64,000 nucleotides of DNA from the human T2T-CHM13v2.0 reference genome, Homo sapiens: assembly GCF_009914755.1 (NCBI RefSeq), contig NC_060930.1. One strand, written 5' to 3'. Below, piece after piece: positions 1 to 63,752 of this stretch; position 1 is the first letter of the stretch; every line of letters begins with the position of its first letter. The notes under the pieces are model-generated. The model was not told the DNA's origin and did not search any database. It saw only the letters and a list, made by a program, of their open reading frames with translations. The position numbers were made by a program, and so were the translations under genes.

Positions 1-30
1 CCACAGCTTTTCTTGCCACTTTTCTTGCAG

Positions 31-153
31 ATTGTTTTTTGCTCTCGCTCTCAAGCTTCTCAGCCTTGCTTACTGCTTCAAAGACATGAGTTTGTAAGGA
101 CAGTAGCAGCCCAAAGACTGGCATCTGTAGACACATCTGGATCTTCCGTTTGA
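31..153 (+). CDS. SYNJ2: Synaptojanin-2 isoform 2A alternative terminal coding exon
   Basis: Pyrimidine tract + cag (28-30), then phase-0 frame IVFCSRSQASQPCLLLQRHEFVRTVAAQRLASVDTSGSSV-TGA (translated by hand). Matches my recall of the synaptojanin 2A tail, whose class I PDZ ligand binds SYNJ2BP/OMP25. Confidence 0.9.
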   Translation: MVFCSRSQASQPCLLLQRHEFVRTVAAQRLASVDTSGSSV

Positions 154-376
154 TCTCAGTGTTCTAGTAACGGACCCTCGGTAATCCCTTCCTGGTCATC
201 ACAGCACGATGCTGCTTCCCCCCTAGAGAGTGTGAGGGGGGCTTCGGCTTCACTCTTGACAGCGCTTGCTTTGTATTTCCTGGGTTGCTCTTCTGTCCCA
301 CATTGGCTCATTGCCATCTGTCCCTTGTCCATGCTTCCTTACAAAGTGGACCTTTTTCCTCCGCCTCTTCCCTGTT

Positions 377-709
377 CAGATGCTCCTCGACTTAAAATGG
401 GGTTACATCCCAATAAACCCATCGTAAGTTGAAAAATAGCGTGTCAAAACTGCATCTCATACACCTAACCTAGCAAACGTCATGGTCTCGCTGACCTTGA
501 ACACACTCAGAACACATACATTAGCCTACGGCTGGGCAAAAAAAAAAAAAAAAAAAAAACACCCATCCAACACAGCCTATTTTATAATAATAAAAATAAA
601 AGATCAAACTTCAAAATTCAAAGTATGCTTTCTACGGAACATTAGCGCTTGTGCACTAGGGTGAAGTGGAAAATCCTCAGTGGAACCATTGTAAGTCGGG
701 GACCACCTG
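377..709 (+). mobile_element. MER47A-like Tigger-derived DNA transposon
   Basis: Termini CAGATGCTCCTCGACTTA ... TAAGTCGGGGACCACCTG are imperfect inverted repeats. The interior matches recalled MER47A; internal A22 run at 538-559. Confidence 0.8.
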
Positions 710-978
710 CTTTGTCTTTTCTTGTAAAAGCCAGGAGCAGAAATAGATTCATTTTCCCAACCTGCTGCACAGGAGTTAAAGTTAAAAGGCTGTTGGAAAA
801 GAGACTTTCTTTTTTTTTAGTTTGTTTTCTAAAGAACCAAAGAAACACTGAAACGCCAATGTTTAACTAGTCTACTGATCACCTTTTCTGAACAAAAGCT
901 TCATTTTGCCTGTGCAGTTGTTTTCTTTGTGATAGATTTGAACCAGAACCAAGGCAGTGTCAAGGTTTCCATTCTTTA

Positions 979-1306
<328 letters not shown>

Positions 1307-1758
1307 TCAAGGAGAAAGTATATCCATTAGTCCTTCAGTTAGCTTATGTTGTAACACAAGTTACTTCACCCTAGCATGATACAGACCATGAATCAGCCCA
1401 GGTTGCAACTTCAAAGAGTGTTTTCAGAGAGGTTTGCTTTCAATAAAGGAAGAGCATCACCCCATTTCCTAAAGGACAAAGAAAAGTTTGTCTGATTATT
1501 TACTGTGGCCCTGGTTTTAAATTTTCCACTCGTTTTCATTGGACCTGCTGGTGTGACCTGATAAATGTGTGTTTCTCCTGTGCTTTTTCTTTTTCTTACC
1601 TGGTCACATTTCTGGCACCCCACACATTCTCAAATCTCGAATTTGCTAGAATGTCAGCTTGGTCTCATCTCTGTTCTCTGCTGGCCACTCTGTTCTCTGA
1701 TCCTCAGCTGCCTAGTTATTGGCTTCTTATTTACACTCTTTGTCCCACCTTTTCTCAG

Positions 1759-2505
1759 CCCCTGTCACCGGAAGAACAGTTTGAGCAACAGACTGTCCAT
1801 TTTACAATCGGGCCCCCGGAGACAAGCGTTGAGGCCCCTCCTGTCGTGACAGCCCCTCGAGTCCCTCCTGTTCCCAAACCAAGAACATTTCAGCCTGGGA
1901 AAGCTGCAGAGAGGCCAAGCCACAGGAAGCCAGCATCAGACGAAGCCCCTCCTGGGGCAGGAGCCTCTGTGCCACCACCTCTGGAGGCGCCGCCTCTTGT
2001 GCCCAAGGTACCCCCGAGGAGGAAGAAGTCAGCCCCCGCAGCCTTCCACCTGCAGGTCCTGCAGAGCAACAGCCAGCTTCTCCAGGGCCTCACTTACAAT
2101 AGCAGTGACAGCCCCTCTGGGCACCCACCTGCCGCGGGCACCGTCTTCCCACAAGGGGACTTTCTCAGCACTTCATCTGCTACAAGCCCCGACAGCGATG
2201 GCACCAAAGCGATGAAGCCAGAGGCAGCCCCACTTCTTGGTGATTATCAGGACCCCTTCTGGAACCTTCTTCACCACCCTAAACTGTTGAATAACACTTG
2301 GCTTTCTAAGAGCTCAGACCCTTTGGACTCAGGAACCAGGAGCCCCAAAAGAGATCCCATAGACCCAGTGTCAGCTGGCGCTTCAGCTGCCAAGGCAGAG
2401 CTGCCACCAGATCATGGACACAAAACCTTAGGTCACTGGGTGACAATCAGTGACCAAGAAAAGAGGACAGCACTGCAGGTGTTTGACCCACTGGCAAAAA
2501 CATGA
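1759..2505 (+). CDS. SYNJ2: Synaptojanin-2 isoform 2B terminal coding exon (proline-rich C-terminus)
   Basis: Acceptor cttttctcag ends at 1758; phase 0; [11 protein letters not shown]...[14 protein letters not shown] is the recognised SYNJ2 C-terminus. Confidence 0.97.
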   Translation, partial: PLSPEEQFEQQTVHFTIGPPETSVEAPPVVTAPRVPPVPKPRTFQPGKAAERPSHRKPASDEAPPGAGASVPPPLEAPPLVPKVPPRRKKSAPAAFHLQVLQSNSQLLQGLTYNSSDSPSGHPPAAGTVFPQGDFLSTSSATSPDSDGTKAMKPEAAPLLGDYQDPFWNLLHHPKLLNNTWLSKSSDPLDSGTRSPKRDPIDPVSAGASAAKAELPPDHGHKTLGHWVTISDQEKRTALQVFDPLAKT

Positions 2506-5320
2506 CTGAGCAGCTTTGAAGGCTGCAGTCCTATAGAATGCATACCTTCCTCCCTCTAGGCATCCCTCCACCAGAAGAGACATCTATTTAAAGGCACACT
2601 GGCCAAAACGTTTGTGCATCTGTCACTCTCGTGTAGTTTACAAAAATCGTGTCTCTTATTCAGTAAGATGGTTACTCAGCCACCAAAATATATTTCACTC
2701 AAGGCTTGTACATCTGAAGTTTGCTCTTCAAGGAATGGGAACCTTCCTGTTAAATTCGGTGTATGGATTTTAAGAAAGGAATCTAGCCAATGAGGTCCAA
2801 GAAGTTCTCACCCATTGAATTTTTAAATGGCTGTTCAGTTCATGTTGTACGTGATGGAGATTTGTCTTTTGTTTTATTTGCATTTTACAGATTTGGTATA
2901 ACATTTTGGGGAGCCACCTGAAGGTTGATGTATAAAGTAAGGATTAGAGAAAGAGGTCGTTGTGACCATTAGTAGCTGTCCTGGCCCACTTAAACAAGGT
3001 TACAAAAAATCAGAGTCGGAAGCAGCCAAATAGGTCAACCTAATGACTAGACTGTACATTCCCATGAGCCTTCATGTTTAAGTGTGTACATGTGCGTTAA
3101 CCTTGATGATGCGTGAATCCCGAGGGAGCCGGTGGCATACACCGTTAGCTTAACCTTAGCTTAAACTAGCTGAAGGCTCCTGTGCCATGTCTTAGACATT
3201 GCATGCCCTATCAATTACTATAATCCTGAGCCATGGTGTGCTACTGAAACCAATTTTTATCCACCATCTAGTCCTTATTAAATGAAACCTCACGGATCCT
3301 TTGTTCCGCTTATATTCCATGCATACCACATAAAAGCACACAGTGCGAAAACTCTTGCTGATACGCGATATTGATTCTCATTGTTAGAATATGGAGAGTG
3401 TTTCAGCCTCGTCTGTCCGGCTGGAGCTTCGGGATGGAAAGTGCTATGTGTCCCTGCATATAAGAATCACCAGGCCAGTGTTTCTGGGTTTGCTTGTCTA
3501 TATGTTTGTCTATATTTTTTGCCTATACATTTTTCCCACGTTTCCAACAGCACTTCTCACCTATTCAATAACTGAAAAAGACATTACCATAGTGCTTTAC
3601 ATTTTTAAAGTAATGCTACAAGGTCTGGAATCCATTTGGAGCAGATACCGTGTTTTCGCTATTTAATAAGAAGTTCAGTAGTGAAATCTTACTGTACCGC
3701 CTGTTGTATCTGGGAGCCTCGTACAGAGGCTCGCACAGCAGTGATCAAGTGTCATCCCTTACGTGACTGGGGGATGTCTGTCCTAAAAGCTGACTGCTAG
3801 GATAGTAAGGATCATCTTGCCTGGGCTATGCCACTGTCTTGTTACCAATTAGACATCTGGAATTTCATAATTAGTTTTCATTGTCACTGTCAAGATATAT
3901 TGCAGATTACTTAAATATGGCCATCAAAACAAAAGTTACAACACGTATCTCTTTTCATCTGAAAACTAATACCTGGAAAAGGATAAAAAAAAAAAAAAGG
4001 AATCCGTGACCCACAGAGCTAGACAGATAAGATGCATAGTTGACCAGTCATAAAAGGCGGTGTTTAGGTGATCAGGATGCCGTTGGTGGCATTTACGTGC
4101 TTTATATGATTTTTACCTCCGTAACAAACACAAGAAATAAACAGAATGGTCCTTAACAGAGTTTGGGGGAGAGAGCAAGATGGGTTCCTTGGAGAAGCTG
4201 ATTTGCCAAGATGCACATCGCTATTAACAGCCAGTCATAAATGAAATGAAATTGAAGAATTCATCCAAATGCTCTTTTCCCTATAACCTCTTTTCTCAGC
4301 AAAAAGGAGATAAATTTGAAAACAGATAAATGTAACAACCAGTCAAAGAAGCAGGGGAAAAGTAAGCTCCTCCAAAGTTGCTTGCAGTGCTGGAAATAGA
4401 TCTCATTTTTAGGTTTTCTCTTCGTTCCAGATACCAAATAAATGGGACAGAGAATAAAATTTTTGTTAAAATATGTGCTCATCTCCTAAGTAGCTCTTCA
4501 GAGTCTGACCGTAAGTAAAAACACACAGAATTGTGTTGACTGGGGGAGGTGAATCACAAAAAAGTTACGAGGAGTTTAAGAGTTAAATATTATTTGATCG
4601 TGGCTGTCAAATTTAGTGAACAACATAGATTGGATTTGGAGTTGGTAGTAGGTATGGTTCTCATACCAGAATTCTCTTAAAAAAAAAAAAAAGGACAATT
4701 GGAATTGCCTTATTTATTTTTAAAATCAATGCTTACTAGTTGGTAGGATTCCCAGGTCAGCAGCAGGGTTGATTAAATAATCTTGACAATGAGCAGCTGC
4801 CATCTTGGGGGATTTCATTCTGTGGTTTTTTAAATGTTTCGTCTTTGATGCTACCATCCAGGGCTTCTTATTGTGACCTTGTAGCCTATTTTGTTCCTGC
4901 TGTTCTCTAACATGGTGCAGTTCACGCAGACTGGTTTAGGTACTTCACAACTCACCATTGTCTCTCTGACCCCAAGCCTAGTCCCTTTTACATCACCATC
5001 TTCTCAGACTTCTTGCCTATTCTTAAAATATGTTTTGGTTAATGATTGAATTAGGACATCAGCTTAAGCAATTCCTGTAACGGTTTAACGTTGTTGAAGT
5101 TCAAGGCACATAATAAAATTCTCCCTGATGTGTGTGTAAGTATAAACAAAGTAATGTATCAAAGCGTTCACTTTATAATGAAGTCATTTCATTGGGAAGG
5201 AAAGCTGCAAAGATTATTGGGGGACTAGTGATTAATAAAATCCTGTAATATTTTTGAAGTGAAAATTTGTACTGAAATTGTACATGATACCTATTAAATG
5301 TTTTTGTCTTTTTTTAAATT
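2506..5320 (+). other. SYNJ2: SYNJ2 3' UTR (end approximate)
   Basis: Repeat-free ~2.8 kb after the stop, ending in a cluster of poly(A) signals. Confidence 0.8.
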
Positions 5321-5335
5321 GGGTTTATTTCTTTT
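5234..5335 (+). terminator. SYNJ2: SYNJ2 distal polyadenylation region
   Basis: AATAAA 5234-5239 and ATTAAA 5293-5298, with TGTA motifs between them and a U/GU-rich tract downstream. Confidence 0.7.
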
Positions 5336-5424
5336 CAGATATGAAGAGAACCTTAGAATATCTTTGGCTACCTTCTGTTCTGGATCAAATGTAATTACTG
5401 GTTATTTAGTAATTCCTCTTGAGT

Positions 5425-5758
5425 TTTGGGTTTTGGTTTTTTGTTTTTTTTGTTTTTGTTTTTGTTTTTTTTTGGAGACAGTCTCACTCTGTCGCCCAGG
5501 GTGGAGTGCAGTGGTGCGATCTTGCTCACTGCAACCTGCAGTGAGCAACCCGGGTTCAAGCAATTCTCCTGCCTCAGTCTCCTGAATAGCTGGGCTTACA
5601 GGCATGTCCCACCATGCCTGGCTAATTTTTTTGTATTTTTAGTAGAGACGGGGTTTCACCATATTGGCCAGGCTGGTCTCAAACTCCTGACCTTGTGATC
5701 CGCCTGCCTAGGCCTCTCAAAGTGCTGAGATTACAGGTGTGAGCCACTGCGCCCAACC
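5425..5758 (-). mobile_element. AluS element
   Basis: Antisense Alu with a (TTTTTG)n-like tail. Confidence 0.92.
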
Positions 5759-5991
5759 GGTTCGTTTTTTTAACTATTAAATTAAGTTCAAAAACCAGAA
5801 AAGTAATCATCTGGTTAAGAATTTATGACTTGAATGCTGCTAGCAGGGAATATGCCATAACATATAATAACTTTATGCTACTTAGAGATGCTAGAATTCA
5901 TTTTCTGTACGATTTTATAGCAAACTTATAAAAACTGAACTGCTAGCTTGAGTCCATTACAGCATAGAAGCAGGAGACGGAAGTAAACACT

Positions 5992-6134
5992 TCAAGTTCT
6001 GTCTAGGTTTGCTCTAAGCTAATTAATACAATATAGATCATAAATGTTCTCTGATGATTTTCAGGAATAAGAATAAATCTCTAATAAATATGGCTAGTCC
6101 TTCCTGACCAGTAAGGAGGCATATTGAATTTACT
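5992..6134 (+). repeat. Dispersed duplication A, copy 1
   Basis: Shares exact 20-, 27- and 34-nt blocks in the same order with 11374-11535. Confidence 0.9.
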
Positions 6135-6258
6135 AAATCTGACAGCCGGTTGCAGAAACTTCCTTTTCAAGGGACTGGGGGAGATAGGTTTAAAACGCAC
6201 TCTCATCCAAGGCAAATTGTTTGCCTTTATCTCAATGAGGTAATAAGAGTACAAATGA

Positions 6259-7968
<1,710 letters not shown>

Positions 7969-8366
7969 CAGAAAGAGGATTAAGAATTTGGAAAGTAACA
8001 GAGTCGATTAATAGAAAGGATGTTAGTCAATGGTAAAGATAATTTCAGAGGACCTATAGTTTAGGATTTTATTCTGTGTATAACAGAAGAAGTTGTTTGT
8101 AGAAATATCTGAATAAATCTGTGTGGTAGAATGGTTAAGGTTATAGGCTTTGCCTGGGATAATAGCAGCTCTTCAAAGCATCTGGAATATAGTTTAGAAA
8201 TGGTATGAAGTGGACCCAACAGCTTCTTCCTGAGGGACGCCTATACAGTGACCATTTGTTAAGTAATAAACCATTGCTCTTGCTTCCCGAATTAGGTTTC
8301 TCAAGGGGTTATTCAATTTTATTGACATTTTCAAAGAACACCTTTGGGATTTATATATCCTTTCTA

Positions 8367-9098
<732 letters not shown>

Positions 9099-9525
9099 TC
9101 ATTTTTGGTCTTTCATAGTTAATAAGAAAGATATTTAATTAAAGTTATACATTTTCCCTTGATTTTAGCTTTAACTGCACCCTATACATTTTGGAATGAA
9201 ATTTCCTCCTTGTCATTAATTGCTAGATTGTAATTTGTCGTTGCGTTCTCTTTGATCCATTGGTTATTTAGGAGACTGTATAATTTCCAAATAGTTAAGG
9301 GTTTTTTGTTTTTATTTTTGATTTTGGGTTTTTTGTTTTTTTTTTTTTTTTTTGGCATTTTAAATTACTTAGCCCTAATTTTATTGGCCTGTGACCTGAG
9401 ACTATGACCTAGAAAACCATCTACTTTTAAAAATGTGTTAACGTTCGATGTGGCCATGTGGAGGATTGATTTGCAAAGTGGTTTCATCAATATAATTTTT
9501 TTTTTTTAGTCATAGGGTACAAAAT

Positions 9526-9558
<33 letters not shown>
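9526..9558. repeat. (TG)n(AG)n microsatellite
   Basis: Direct reading. Confidence 0.95.
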
Positions 9559-11373
9559 AATTGATTTGCTGTCAATTACACTCTACCTGCTGGAACAGGT
9601 CTTTGTGCAAGGCAGATCTGTGGGGGATGGTGAAGGCTCTAGTTCTAGTTCCAAAGTGATGCCTTCGCCTTGCTCCTACCAAGATTCCTTAGATCTTGCT
9701 GAATAAATGTTTCACGATTTGTTGTCAGCCTTTTGGTCAATCTCTAGAGACATTGAATGATTGCTTTTGCTAATTTTGACCAGTTTAATAGATGTCTTTC
9801 TGTGGGAGAGGTTTCCCTGAGCAGCTCATACAGCTGTTCCAGAATGTAGACCTTCTGGGCTCTCCGTGTTCTGTAGCATTGGCCTGCTTGTCTATCCGTG
9901 TGCCAATACAACGTTGCCTTATTTCATTTAACTTTGTTATCTGATAAGCACTCTCACCATATTCTTTTTCTTTAAGAGTATCTTGGCTATTTTTGAGTCT
10001 TTGTATTTTTAGATCAATTTTAAGATCAATTGAAGTTTCATTTTTTAAAAACCTGTTGCAATTTTTGGGATTGCATGGAATAGAATAGACAGCTTTACGG
10101 TATTGAGTCTTCAGTCCAAGAACCCATCACATCTCTTCATTTAAGGTTTTCCTTGATGTTTCTTAGTTTTTAACTTGTAAAAAGTTTCAGACATACATTA
10201 AATCAGAGGGAATAGCCTGGACCCTCGCATATCTGTCACCTGGGATTTAACAGTAATAACCCTTTGCTATATTTGCTTTATATATTTTTCCTTTGCTGAA
10301 ATATTTCAAAGCAATTCTGCTATCATACTTGATTCCTCGGTACTTTCAACGTGTATCTCCAACATTTTCTTTCATAACCTTAATGTCATTATTATATCTA
10401 ACAGACAATACTTATTTTAAAATTCATTTGCTATTTTTTACTAGTATACTTACAGACTTTTTATATTGAATGCATCAGCAACCTTGCCAAACTCTCAAAA
10501 TTCTAACAATTTACTGTATTTTGATACACCTAGTATACCATCAATTATCAGACACACCATTTATGTACCATCATTCTTAAGACGGCTTCCAACTAAGACT
10601 CAGTAGCTATTGTGAGATGCAGCCCAATTACAGAGATGTTCAAATATTGTGAAATGTGTCTTGGAATTGATAAAACATGGTATCTGTGGTTTTTTTGGAT
10701 TTTCTATGTAAATAATCATATTAGCAAACAATGAATTTTGTTTATTCCTTTCTCATCCTTGTATCTTTGTGTCTTTTTCTTGCCTTACAGAGTTGGCTAG
10801 GACATTTAGGACGATGTTTAAAATGCTGCTGGTAGGCATTCTTGTGTTATTCCTGTTCTCAGAGGGAAGATGTTAATATTTTTACCACTAAGTATGATGT
10901 TTACTGTTGTTGTTTTTTTCTTTTAATATCCTTTATTGACAAAATTCTCTTCCTGGCTTGCTAAGTTTATCTTTTGCATGAATAGTGGTTGAATTTTATC
11001 AGATATTTTGTGTGTATTGCAATGATTATGATTTTTCCTTTTGTTTAATTTGGGGAATTACATTGATCAATTTTTCAGTGCTAAGCAAACCTTGCATTCA
11101 TTCATTGCGTAACTCCAACTTGGGGAGATTATTTTACCCCCTTAAATATTGCTGGCTTTAATTTGTCAATATTTTTGCTTGGGATTTTTGCAGCTACATC
11201 CATGAGAACGGCTTGTAACTGTCCCTTTTTTATACTGTCCTTGAATGGTTTTGGTATCAGAGTTTTGTTAACCTCATAAAATGAGCTGGGGACTACACTC
11301 TTTTTCTATTAACTGGGAAAACTTGATAATATTGGAACTATTTCCTCCTTAAACTTTCGGTAGCACTCACCAG

Positions 11374-11535
11374 TCAAGTTCTGTCTAGGTTTGTTCTAAG
11401 CTAATTTTAATACATGAAATATAGGTCATAAATGTTCTCTGATGATTTTCAGCAGTAAGAATATACTGATAATCTCGAAGTCATAAATATGGCTAGTCCT
11501 TCCTGACCAGTAAGGAACAGTACATTGAATTCACT
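11374..11535 (+). repeat. Dispersed duplication A, copy 2 (inside L1)
   Basis: Homologous to 5992-6134; interrupts the L1-like motif caccagt...tgggcc. Confidence 0.9.
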
Positions 11536-12692
11536 TGGGCCTATAGTTTGTGAGATTTTAAAACCACTTATTCTATTCCTTTTATAGGAATAGGACTATA
11601 AAAGTTTTCTATTTCATAGGCAACTTGGGTAAGCTGTATTTTCCTTGGAGTTTTCTATTAAAAATTGAGTAGTATTGGCCTGAAAGTATCTATTAATATC
11701 CTCTTATCTTGTAATGTGTGCATTGTAGTGATATTTCCTCTTCCTTCCTAATATTGGCAACTTGTGCCTCTTTTTTCACTTGATTGTGTCAGGTGGGTCT
11801 CTTATAAACACATATAGTAGGGTGTTATTTCTTATCCAGTCTGACACACTATCTTTTAACTGGGGCATTTAGCTCATTTACATTTAATGCAATTATTACT
11901 ATATTTGGGTTTTCACTTGCCATGCCATTTTGTGCTTTCTCTTAGTACCATCTGTTCCTTATTTCTTTTCCCCTCTGTTTGTGCCTTAAGATTTTTTTTT
12001 TATTCCCCTTTTTCTTCTCTCCTAGTTTGGAATTCATTATATACACTATTTTTTGTCTATTATTGGTTATCTTAGAAACAAAATACGTATCATTAAATTC
12101 TCAAAGTCTAGTGATAATCATTGTTTTACCTTCCTCCTAAATAACACAACAACCTTGGAGCACTTAACTCCATTTACCCACCCCCAACTTATATGCTATA
12201 GTTGCTGTGTATTTTAATTTTACATATTTTAACACCCACTTGATATATTATGTTTTATAAAATTTTTATTTAATTTATCCTAGTAGTTACCTCTTTTTTC
12301 ACTCCACATTCTTTCTTGAATTCCAGTGCCTCTGGCTGGATCACTTGCCTTCTGCCTTCCATTAATGAAGGTCTGCTGGCAGTAAACTCTTTTTCTTTAT
12401 ATAAAATGTCCATTTCATCTTAATATTTTAAGTGTTTATGATTTGTACTGGATGTATAATTCTAGATTGCAAGTGGTTTTCTTTTAGCACATTGACAATA
12501 TCATTCCAGTGTCTTCTGGCTTCCATTGACTTAGGACTTCTCAACAGCAGCAATTTTAACTGTTGTTCTTTACACATTTTTCTCTAACTACTTTTAAGAT
12601 CTTCCTCTTGTCTTGGCTTTTCTGCAGTGTCCCTATTCTCTGTATAGATGCGGATTTATTTTTATATGCTCTGCTTTGGATTAACTTCTTCA

Positions 12693-15571
<2,879 letters not shown>

Positions 15572-15711
15572 AAAAAATGTACTAAACATATCTACCCCTT
15601 CTCCCCATGTTATCACATTGGGTAGTACATTCGTTGTTAGCAACTGTCATATTTGCTATGTCTACTACAGCAATAAATAAGTGGGTTTTGCTAGGTTGTT
15701 GTACAATGAAA

Positions 15712-17565
15712 CAATTAATTGTTGATATCGAGTTTATTGATGAGCCATTTACCTTCAGATGCCATACTCCAGTTTTAGCTTCGACTATCTCATTCTACAA
15801 AAGTTCACCATCTTCAAAATTTAAACATAGACTTACCATTTGACCAGCAATTCCACCCAAGAGAATCAAAAACATCTATCCACACATAAATTTGTACACA
15901 AATGATCATGGTAGCATTATTTATCATAGACAAAAATGAACAGAACCTAGATGTCCATCAGCTGATGAATGGATAAAGAAACATGGCATATCATACAATG
16001 GAGTAATTTCGGCCATAAAAAGAAATGAAGTAGTACTGATACATGCTATATCATGAATGAACCTTGAAAACATGCTAATAGAAGGAAGAAGGCAGAGAGG
16101 GCCACATATTGTATGATTCCATTTACATAAAATTCCCAAATCCATAGAGACAGAAAACAGATTAGTGTTTACCGCAGGCTTGGGAAAGCAGAGGTGGGAA
16201 CTGACTGCTCATGGGTATGGGGTTCTTTTGGGGATGATGAAATAGCCTGAAATTAAATAGCAATGATGTTGCACAACTCAGTGAACTATACTAAAAACCA
16301 ATGAATTGAGCCTGGGAACAATGGCTCTGGCCTATAATCACAGCATTTTGGGAGGGTGGCTTGAGATCGGGAGTTTGAGACCTGGGCAACACAGTGAGAC
16401 CCTGTCTCTACAAAAAAGTATTTATTTATTTTTTAATTACCCAAGTGTGGTGGCATGTGCCTGTAGTCCTAGCTGCTTGGGAGGCTGAAGCAAAAGGATC
16501 TCTTGAGCCCAGGAGTTTGAGGTTACAATGAGCTATGATCATGCCACTGCACTCCAGCTTGGGCAACAGAGTCAGACCCTGTCTCTAAACAAACAAAACA
16601 AAACAAAAATGAATTGTATAATTTAAAAGGGTGAATCTTATGGTATGTAAATTATATCTCAATAATGCTGTTACTCTAAAGAAAAAAAGGTCATCGACAT
16701 GATTATCTACTACTCACATGCTATAGAGGTCAATTAATACCACTTGCAAATGAGCAAGGAAGAAGAAAGGTTTATTTAGCCAAAGAGAATCTGAGAATCT
16801 TGATACTAAGAATTGCTAATTCATATAATGGCTTAGAATAGTTTTACTTCATACTGTGATCAATAATGGATTAGCTACTTTATCCTTATCTAGGACAAAT
16901 TCCAAGCATAGGCAGCTACAGTCTGAAAAGAATTATTATAAGCTAGAATTTTTCTAAGAAAAAGATTTGTTCTCAGGAATACGAAAATAGATACAAGGAA
17001 CTGACCCAGACATGACAATAAGTCTAACAAAGTTAACACTAGTAATAATGTGTCAGATAAAAGGTAGAACTGAGCTAAAAACTCAAACTTTAAAAATGTA
17101 CAGCAAATCAATACCCAGAAGTAAAAGAGTCTTGAATGTTCTAGTTCATTCTTCTCTCCATTTTAGGTACTCTCTTAATGGCATTTTTATGGTAAGTTGA
17201 GTTACCTCAGAACCTGCCGTGCCCCTCCTGGATGCACCAGGAAAGTCACAGATGGGAAAGGACACTCTCTCACAGCAGCTTTGCTCCAGTCACCAAGCCC
17301 AACACTGCGAACCATAAAGCAGCACACAGGGACTTCTTTACACCAAAGGGGCCCGATCCAGCCCTTCCTTCTGTGCCTGCCACTTCCGGGTTGGTGCTTT
17401 ACAGCGCTTGAAGGGAGAACAATGTTCTGTAGTCTGCAACACACTCCAGACCATGTTGACGCTATGATCACTATGTTTGCATGATTGCATAGAGCTTAAA
17501 AGAAGAAACAGAACACCAAGTTTCTTGCACTGAATTCACATATGAAAACTGGAAGAGCACAACTG
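15712..17565 (-). other. SERAC1: SERAC1 3' UTR (distal end approximate)
   Basis: Follows the stop at 17566; minus-strand AATAAA at 16771-16776 and 15733-15738. Confidence 0.65.
15820..16680 (+). mobile_element. L1MB-like 3' end interrupted by AluJ (16309-16609)
   Basis: L1M 3' motifs (gaccagcaattccac; tgtccatcagctgatgaatggataa; ttatatctcaataa). Confidence 0.82.

Positions 17566-63752
<46,187 letters not shown>

Noticed and set aside
1567-1758. N-terminal 64 codons of the 312-aa ORF
   Set aside because: Non-ATG start in pyrimidine-rich intron; a good acceptor at 1758 marks the real exon start.
3095-3180. TGATGA/CTGA and small hairpins in the SYNJ2 3' UTR
   Set aside because: Short stems expected by chance; no recognisable ncRNA family.
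6045-6110. C/D-box-like motifs (TGATGA ... CTGA) in duplication A, both copies
   Set aside because: No terminal stem, imperfect C box, intergenic location, no recognisable guide. An Rfam/snoscan hit would reopen this.
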